Origin: Clostridia bacterium
GTDB taxonomy: Bacteria > Bacillota > Clostridia > Oscillospirales > CAG-272
Length of the DNA: 64,000 nucleotides
NCBI GenBank assembly: GCA_017621085.1
Contig: JAGATW010000074.1
Coordinates: forward strand, 4,224-68,223
Direction of reading: 5' to 3'
Positions 48,879 to 55,345 of this stretch are shown piece after piece (within the stretch, counting starts at the first letter, position 1; every line of letters begins with the position of its first letter). The translations under genes were made by a program, and so were the position numbers. The notes beneath the pieces are model-generated. The model did no database searches. It was not told the DNA's origin and saw only the letters and a list, made by a program, of their open reading frames with translations.

Positions 48879-49242
48879 GCCTGCCATTGTGGAGGGGAGG
48901 TGTCGCTGAATTAGACTTTAAATTCAGTTAAAACTAAAATAAGCGACACAGGGGTAGTCCAAGGCAGAGTTAAGGTCTTAGCCCCATTCCACCCTCTAAG
49001 GTAAGTGTTTCACCATTCATATATTTAAAGTCGGGAGATGCGAGTTGTACACAAACTCACCAAGCCTGCCCTTGTGAGGGGAGGTGTCGCTGAATTAGAC
49101 TTTAAATTCGGTTAAAACTAAAATAAGCGACGGAGGGGTAGTCCAAGGCAGAGTTAAGGTCTAAGCCCCATTCCACCCTCTAAGGTGAGTGTTTCACCAT
49201 TCATATATTTAAAGTCGGGAGATGCGAGTTGTACACAAACTC
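48879..49242. repeat. tandem direct duplication (2 x about 180 bp, period 184-185 bp)
   Basis: Copy 1 (48879-49058) and copy 2 (49064-49242) align end to end with about 7 differences. Each copy holds an approximately 90 bp imperfect palindromic element (GTGTCGC...GCGACAC enclosing CTGAATT..AATTCAG) plus the last 89 nt of the SDR gene. Confidence 0.85.
48970..49058 (-). pseudogene. duplicated 3'-terminal fragment of the SDR gene (28 codons plus stop)
   Basis: It reads VCVQLASPDFKYMNGETLTLEGGMGLRP*, identical to the C-terminus of the intact gene. Both nucleotide differences are synonymous. A TGA closes the frame immediately upstream. Confidence 0.7.
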
Positions 49243-49954
49243 TGCCAATTTCCGTTTCCGGGTCGCCAAAGTGACCTGCAGGTGGCATTTTAACATTTGC
49301 CTTAAATGCATCGGGATAAGCCTTTTCAAAGCCTTCAAGCTGTGCAGTCCACGCAAGAGGACAAATAACATTTGTGTTAATTCCGTCCTTTGCCCATTCG
49401 GTTGCCGCAACTCTTGAAAGACCGCGTATGCCCTCCTTAGCTGCTGCATAGGAGCATTGACCGTAGTTACCGAAAAGACCTGCACCGGAGGCAAAGTTAA
49501 TAATGCTTCCCTTTGTTTCCTTAAGGTATGGGTAGCACGCCTTCATATAATAAAATGCAGCATAAAGACCTGAATACATAGCAAGGTCAAATTGCTCCGT
49601 TGTATGGTCTTGAATTGTCACACCTGAGGCAGATGCCTGTGCGTTGTTAATAAGCACATCTATTCTGCCAAATTCGGAAATTGCCTTTTCCACAACGCCT
49701 TTTGAAATATCTTCATTGTCCTGCTCCTTTGATATATCAGCAGGAATAGCAAGAACCTTAATGCCATAAAGCTTTTCCAATTCTTCCTTAGCCTTTTCAA
49801 GCTTAGCCACATTTCTTCCTGTAATAACAAGGTTGCAGCCTTCCTTTGCGTATGCAGTTGCAATACCGTAGCCAATAGAGCCACACCTTCCGTCAGAAAG
49901 CACAGCATAGCCTGCTCCTGTAATAATTGCTGTTTTACCCTTTAAAAAGCTCAT
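49154..49954 (-). CDS. short-chain dehydrogenase/reductase (SDR) family oxidoreductase
   Basis: 266 aa with TGAG.....GSIG cofactor motif, NNAQ, and the catalytic YAAAK (Y-x3-K). Confidence 0.85.
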   Translation of the reverse strand: MSFLKGKTAIITGAGYAVLSDGRCGSIGYGIATAYAKEGCNLVITGRNVAKLEKAKEELEKLYGIKVLAIPADISKEQDNEDISKGVVEKAISEFGRIDVLINNAQASASGVTIQDHTTEQFDLAMYSGLYAAFYYMKACYPYLKETKGSIINFASGAGLFGNYGQCSYAAAKEGIRGLSRVAATEWAKDGINTNVICPLAWTAQLEGFEKAYPDAFKANVKMPPAGHFGDPETEIGRVCVQLASPDFKYMNGETLTLEGGMGLRP

Positions 49955-49968
49955 AATTTTATACTCCT

Positions 49969-51543
49969 TTATTTTATTCTTCTAAACCACAATAGCTCAT
50001 CAATTGGACATTTAAGCATTTTTTTGCTACGTCCCTCATAAATGTTGCCCTTTGCATCAGCCCACTTGCCATATGGGAATACTACCTCTTTTTCAAAAAC
50101 ACCCTTTTCAACAATAGGGCAAACCAAAATGTCATTACCTAACATAAATTGGTCCTTAATCATAGCATAGCCATTATGTGGGTCGTTATATTCAAGACAG
50201 CGCAATATAGGCTCTCCTGTTTTTTCGGCATTTTCAACTAATTTAGTTATTTCATCTGCCAAGCTTAAATGGTGCTTATACCATTTCATAACAATTGCAA
50301 GGGACTCCTTTGACAAGCATTTCCAAGGCGCTCTTGAAAATTGCATCATTGGAAACATTGAGGAAAGCTCTGCCCATCTAATAAATAGCTCCTCGTCAAT
50401 TTTAAAGTCCGGCTGATAGTCGTCAGTCCAAGAGCCACCACCAATCATATCGGGACAGATAAATGGATGACCGAACAAGCCTTGAAGAATAGAGGTTGGC
50501 ATAATAGACGTAATACCGGAGCTACCTAACCAAAGATGCTCCCTATCCCAAAGACGTTGAATTGTTGGCTTGCCACCACCCTTAAAGGTGTCCTTGTACT
50601 CGTGGTATTTATACCTTGCACCAAACTCGTTCCAAGCAATATTTAATTCAGCAGGGTCGTGGTCGGGTCTTGGTGCTCCATTTTTAATGCTTTCCTTTGC
50701 ATAAGAGTCATAGCCACCACCATCAAACTTAAAGCCATCAACATCATATTCTTTAATAAGAAAATCAAGTCTTTTGGAAAGATAGCGTCTGTCGCATTCC
50801 TTTCTTAAGTCAAGAATAGCAGAGTAGCCATTCCACCACTCAATAATAGCAACCTCGCCCTCGTTTGTACGTAAGAACATGTCGTTATATGTATCAGGAT
50901 TAAATAACTCACGTGTAGCCTTGCAAAAATCTACTCCCTCAGCTGAAACGTAAGGCGTTACCCATAGCATAACAATAAAGCCAAGGTCGTGTAGCTCTCT
51001 AACCATAGCTTTTGGGTCGGGAAACTTATGTAGGTCAAATTTCCATTGACCGTATCTTGTCTGCCAGCCCTCGTCTATCATAAATATACCGGGCTCAAAG
51101 CCATTATCTATAAGTGCGTGGGCATACTCCAAAATTCCCTTTTGGTTTTGGTCGTATGCAAACTCCACCCAGGTGTTAAATTGGGCACACCTAAAAAATT
51201 CACGGGGGAGTGTTTTTCCGTTCTTTCTTGTTTCCACAAATGGAAAATGCTTTTCCATTACGTTTATGTATGCTTCACGTAAAGATGTGCCTTCCTCGTT
51301 TAATTCAATTGTGTCATCACTCTCAAAGGTGATTTCACCGTCACAAATAGTAGCCTTTAATGCTTTTTCACTCCATACATATCTACCCTTAGTAGATAAG
51401 TACATAGGCATACATTGTGTCGTTGAATTGTACCTAAAGTCACGGTTATAAGACGAGTCCTTGGAAATGGGCATTTCCCAACCACATCCGGCATCGCCAC
51501 CCCAGAAATACTCGCCTTCCTTTAGTTTAATTGAAAGCTTCAT
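49969..51543 (-). CDS. glycoside hydrolase, GH31-like TIM-barrel alpha-glycosidase
   Basis: 524 aa. FMIDEGWQ...KFPDPKAMV..LH..GF.VMLWVTPYV...DVDGFKFDGG resembles the GH31 catalytic-nucleophile region. No signal peptide. Confidence 0.55.
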   Translation of the reverse strand: MKLSIKLKEGEYFWGGDAGCGWEMPISKDSSYNRDFRYNSTTQCMPMYLSTKGRYVWSEKALKATICDGEITFESDDTIELNEEGTSLREAYINVMEKHFPFVETRKNGKTLPREFFRCAQFNTWVEFAYDQNQKGILEYAHALIDNGFEPGIFMIDEGWQTRYGQWKFDLHKFPDPKAMVRELHDLGFIVMLWVTPYVSAEGVDFCKATRELFNPDTYNDMFLRTNEGEVAIIEWWNGYSAILDLRKECDRRYLSKRLDFLIKEYDVDGFKFDGGGYDSYAKESIKNGAPRPDHDPAELNIAWNEFGARYKYHEYKDTFKGGGKPTIQRLWDREHLWLGSSGITSIMPTSILQGLFGHPFICPDMIGGGSWTDDYQPDFKIDEELFIRWAELSSMFPMMQFSRAPWKCLSKESLAIVMKWYKHHLSLADEITKLVENAEKTGEPILRCLEYNDPHNGYAMIKDQFMLGNDILVCPIVEKGVFEKEVVFPYGKWADAKGNIYEGRSKKMLKCPIDELLWFRRIK

Positions 51544-51545
51544 TT

Positions 51546-51749
51546 CTAATCTCTTTTGGAAAAATGACCGCAGGCAGGTGAATTCTCACGCTTATCGTTT
51601 TTATCCGAAAATTTGCGACAGCTTCTGTATGTGTCGCTAAAATAATCACACTCACCACACTGTGGTAGCATATAACGTCCACAATGCGGGCAAGTAATTG
51701 CCCAAGTTGAAATGGATTTGTTGCAATCAGGGCAGTATTTAAGTCCCAT
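51546..51749 (-). CDS. zinc-ribbon protein (4 x CxxC), 67 aa
   Basis: Contains CPDC..(13)..CPHC, CGEC and a further C..C..CGH. AAAAGGAGA RBS lies 9 nt upstream. The gene starts 22 nt after the stop of the TIR-HD gene and ends 2 nt before the GH31 start. Confidence 0.55.
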   Translation of the reverse strand: MGLKYCPDCNKSISTWAITCPHCGRYMLPQCGECDYFSDTYRSCRKFSDKNDKRENSPACGHFSKRD

Positions 51750-51771
51750 AATTCTAAATCTCCTTTTTTAT

Positions 51772-54771
51772 TTATTCGCTTTTTTTGTCTATTTTAGATT
51801 CGGTTACAAGCTTATCAATGCATTTTCTGTATATTGGATTGCGTGTGATAATTCTGTCAAATAGCTCATAGCCGATATCAGTGCTTAGCTTGTTACCCTT
51901 AGCACGCCACTCGCCAACTGTTTCAAGGGTGAATTTTTCAGGATTTCTTACAAAATAGTCAAAGAATGTGTTTGTTGTCTGAATAAGATTAATGTCACGT
52001 GCAATTCTTGCATTAATATTTTGACCGTTATAATAGCCTGTCCAAATATTATAATAATAGGTCATATTAGAAACCTCAGGGTATGTACCCTTTAGGAAAA
52101 GCTTTTTGATTACATTGTTATGCTCCTTAAGCTCCTTTTTAGGCTCTGAAAGGCTTTCCTGCTGGTCGCCTATTATGGATTCAGCCATATCGTGAATAAG
52201 AAGCATATCAAGGATTTCTTGCTTATTATACTCAGGGTCATCCGATAGCATAGGTAAAAACAGCATTGCCATGGTCCAAGCATTCATAGTATGCTCAGCT
52301 AAGCTTTCAGGGTCGTCAATGCCGTAATTCAGCCATTGGGTGCGCTTAGCCTCCTTCATTCTTGAAAGCCTTGTGTAAAGAAAGAAGGCAGCATCAAATC
52401 TTGTATTGTCAATATAGCTTTCAAAATCCTCCTTTACAGATTGGAAATAGTAAAGAAGCTTGTCAGATACAACGCTGCGTGGGCGTTGCTGGTATTCATT
52501 TAAAAAGGCAACGGCTCTTTGTGCAAAGCTTGCAAGATTGTATTGAAGCCTTTCGGGAGTTGTGTGCATACGTGCCTGAATAAGAGTAAGCAGAGAAACA
52601 AGGTCTGTTTCCACATAGCCTGTTTTCTTAGCATTCAGCTTGCTTTCAACACCACTGCACAAAATTCTTATAGCCTGCTCACCGTAGCTTAAATCTGTAT
52701 CGGTATAAAAATCGTTATGTAAATTAATCTGGCAGTTATCGTCTAAGCTTTCAACAGTTGCACCTCTGTTAATTGCGTTTGCAACATCGTTTATTACAAT
52801 TAAGCAAAGATACTCATCAAGAATTTTCGTGTTGCCATAGGCTATTAAGCTTTGGCAAACGGAACGGAATAAGTAATGATTGCAACGGTTTATAAGAGTT
52901 TGACGGTTATCTGTTTTCACAAGTGGCTTAAGTCTTTGGTATTCACCTTGTAAAAAGGACTTTGCCTCCTCCTCAAGCTCAGCATAATCAAGGCAACCAA
53001 GCCAATAGGTTGCATTGGATTTTTGAGTAATATCAAAGGAGTCGTAATTTTCTAAAATAAGCTTAAGCAGCAGCTTTTGTAAATGATAGTTTCCGTTAAG
53101 GTGTGAAGCAATAAAGCGATTTTGCATAGAATTTGTAGGAATTTTCAAAAATTCCAAATTCTTAGTTTCGTCTGAGATTGTTACACGGTGACAGAAATAA
53201 TATGCAATCATAAAGTCAAGATATGTGTTATGCTTGTGTGGTAATGACCATAAAACGGCATTGTACTTGCTTGCCTTAGGGTTATGCTTGTGATTGAACA
53301 AATACTCATATAGCTCGTTGGCAATTTGAAGTATTTTTTCCTCGTTGCCGTTTAAATCGCTAACAGCTAAGCGCTCGTACATATCAACAAGAGAAATATC
53401 GTCAACAGAGTGACCCAATGAAAGCTCTGTTGCCACAAGACGAATTGTGAAGATATCAATAGTAGAAAAGCCCAAGCGTAGAAGTGCGTTATAAACAACA
53501 TTTTCCTCAATTCCCTCGTACTTGTCAATGTACATATCAAGTATTGTACGAATAGACTCAAGGCAAGAAACCTTATCTGTAATTGGAAGTGGGTTAAAGC
53601 AGAAGGTATAACCTGTTACATTACCGATAAGTGGAATTGTTCTTTTAAGACGTTGACGGTTTTTAATTAATTTTACGTCAATGGCTACAATACGGTTGAA
53701 TTTTTCAAATTTTTTCTCCTTCCACAGCTCAAGAACAACATCCTCAGGAGCAAAGGCGGAAACCATATGCTCACGTACAGCCTCAATCATTAAAACAGGC
53801 TGTGTTTCAGGATTCTTTTTGACAAAGCTAAAGAATTCCTTCATTTCCTCCCTTAAAACATTTGTCATATCGGTGCGTGGGTCCGTATCTGAATATTTTT
53901 TCTTTTCATAGAAGCTTGAGGAAATATAGCAGGGAAGATAGTTGCTTTCCCCATTTTTAAAGGACTCAAGCATTTTATAATATGCAAGCTGTAAAAGCAT
54001 ATTTTTAGCACAGCCAGGAAGACCGTTTACCTCAATGGAAACGCCCTGACCCTGTGAAAGAGTATCAACAATAATATCAACAAAGTCAATTCCCTTAGCA
54101 GTTGGGCGACCCTTAAAGTACATTGAAAGAGTATGGTCAAATAAGACCTTTGCTAATTTTTTAAATTCCTCGTGCTTTTCTCCGTAAGCCCTGTCACGCA
54201 GACAGTAGGGAAATTTTTCTATTTTGCTAAGCAAGGCATTAACAATTTCCTCCCTTGTCATATTGGGTAAATCGTCTATAACTTCCTTGCTTTCTTCTTT
54301 CGATGATGATTTTTTCTTTGATTTTTCGTTGATTTTCTTAACAGGCTCATCCTTAGCTGTGGGCTCGTTGCCAAAAATCTCATGCTGTATTATGCTCAGC
54401 GTACGCTTAAGAGCCAAATTCATATTATCAAAGGCGTCAATCCACTGTACTTGTTGAAAATAATAAGCTCTTCGCTTTGAAACCTCATAATTGGCAATTC
54501 GCAAGGGAATGATTTTTTTATCATTGCTGAAGGCAATATTCAATTCGGAGCCAACGTGTCGGGAATCGTCTGAGTTTTTTGAGAAAATCATTACAAAGAC
54601 GTCGCAATCAATAATAGCATCATAAATTTTCTCGGCAAAGCTCTCTCCACCCTCAATGTTTTGTGAGGCAATCCAGCAGGTAATACCATTTCCCTCTAAA
54701 TAACTATGTACAAGGTTTGCAACCTCTGCATCCTTTGTGGAATAGCTTATAAATACAAAAGGCTTTTTCAT
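51772..54771 (-). CDS. TIR / degenerate P-loop (STAND-like) / helical region / YfbR-type HD phosphohydrolase protein (999 aa)
   Basis: - aa 1-125: TIR (FVFISYSTKD...CWIA...SRHVGSELNIA, Glu76).
- aa 250-257: GLPGCAKN, at the position and context of a Walker A motif.
- aa 325-330: VLMIEA, Walker B-like.
- aa 820-870: LAEHTMNAW...(30)...LLIHDMAESIIGD, an H...HD...D metal-binding pattern of the HD_3/YfbR type. Confidence 0.8.
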   Translation of the reverse strand: MKKPFVFISYSTKDAEVANLVHSYLEGNGITCWIASQNIEGGESFAEKIYDAIIDCDVFVMIFSKNSDDSRHVGSELNIAFSNDKKIIPLRIANYEVSKRRAYYFQQVQWIDAFDNMNLALKRTLSIIQHEIFGNEPTAKDEPVKKINEKSKKKSSSKEESKEVIDDLPNMTREEIVNALLSKIEKFPYCLRDRAYGEKHEEFKKLAKVLFDHTLSMYFKGRPTAKGIDFVDIIVDTLSQGQGVSIEVNGLPGCAKNMLLQLAYYKMLESFKNGESNYLPCYISSSFYEKKKYSDTDPRTDMTNVLREEMKEFFSFVKKNPETQPVLMIEAVREHMVSAFAPEDVVLELWKEKKFEKFNRIVAIDVKLIKNRQRLKRTIPLIGNVTGYTFCFNPLPITDKVSCLESIRTILDMYIDKYEGIEENVVYNALLRLGFSTIDIFTIRLVATELSLGHSVDDISLVDMYERLAVSDLNGNEEKILQIANELYEYLFNHKHNPKASKYNAVLWSLPHKHNTYLDFMIAYYFCHRVTISDETKNLEFLKIPTNSMQNRFIASHLNGNYHLQKLLLKLILENYDSFDITQKSNATYWLGCLDYAELEEEAKSFLQGEYQRLKPLVKTDNRQTLINRCNHYLFRSVCQSLIAYGNTKILDEYLCLIVINDVANAINRGATVESLDDNCQINLHNDFYTDTDLSYGEQAIRILCSGVESKLNAKKTGYVETDLVSLLTLIQARMHTTPERLQYNLASFAQRAVAFLNEYQQRPRSVVSDKLLYYFQSVKEDFESYIDNTRFDAAFFLYTRLSRMKEAKRTQWLNYGIDDPESLAEHTMNAWTMAMLFLPMLSDDPEYNKQEILDMLLIHDMAESIIGDQQESLSEPKKELKEHNNVIKKLFLKGTYPEVSNMTYYYNIWTGYYNGQNINARIARDINLIQTTNTFFDYFVRNPEKFTLETVGEWRAKGNKLSTDIGYELFDRIITRNPIYRKCIDKLVTESKIDKKSE

Positions 54772-54800
54772 AAATGCTCCCTATCTTAAATCGAAATCTC

Positions 54801-54835
54801 ATTATAATTATAACATAGTATATGTGAAAATGCAA
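54801..54835 (-). promoter_or_regulatory. putative sigma-A promoter of the TIR-HD gene
   Basis: Minus strand TTGCAT (54835-54830), 17 nt spacer, TATAAT (54812-54807). A second overlapping TATAAT lies at 54806-54801. Confidence 0.55.
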
Positions 54836-54859
54836 CGACAAAAAGGGACATATATCAAA

Positions 54860-54888
54860 AGAAAAAGACAGGCGCTTGTCCTGTCTTT
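54860..54888 (-). terminator. rho-independent terminator after the free TIR gene
   Basis: Stem AAGACAGG/CCTGTCTT with a 7 nt loop, followed on the minus strand by TTTTTCTTTTG. Confidence 0.65.
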
Positions 54889-54894
54889 GAAATA

Positions 54895-55296
54895 TTAATC
54901 CTCAAAATTCTGTAATGTGTTCAGTAGGCTTTTAAGGGCTGTATCTATATCCTCTGAGCCATCAAACCATCGTGTCCGTTCTAAAAAGTATTTGTGGCTT
55001 TTTGAAAGCTCATAATCTGAAATGCGTAACGGAAGGATGATTTTCGCTTGGGAAAAAGCAAGTGATAATTCTGAATTAACATGCTCAGACTCACTTGAAT
55101 TTTTCGAGGCGATTAAGACGCAAGCAAAGCAATTGCTGATTGCATCAAAGATTTCCGCAGCAAAGCTATCTCCCCCCTTGATATTATGTGAGGCAATCCA
55201 GCAGGGAATACCATTTCCCTCCAAATAGTTGTAAACAAGGTTTGCAGCATCTGTGTCTTTTATGGAATAACTAATAAAAACGTAAGGCTTTTTCAT
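54895..55296 (-). CDS. stand-alone TIR domain protein (133 aa)
   Basis: MKKPYVFISYSIKD...GIPCWIASHNIKGGDSF...SEHVNSELSLA. By hand alignment, 65 of the first 100 residues are identical to the N-terminus of the 999 aa protein. I prefer the ATG at 55296 (AAGGAG RBS 7 nt upstream). Confidence 0.8.
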   Translation of the reverse strand: MKKPYVFISYSIKDTDAANLVYNYLEGNGIPCWIASHNIKGGDSFAAEIFDAISNCFACVLIASKNSSESEHVNSELSLAFSQAKIILPLRISDYELSKSHKYFLERTRWFDGSEDIDTALKSLLNTLQNFED

Positions 55297-55345
55297 AAAC
55301 ATTCTCCTTTTTATTGTTGTCAAGTATTTTGAAAATTGCTTGTAA

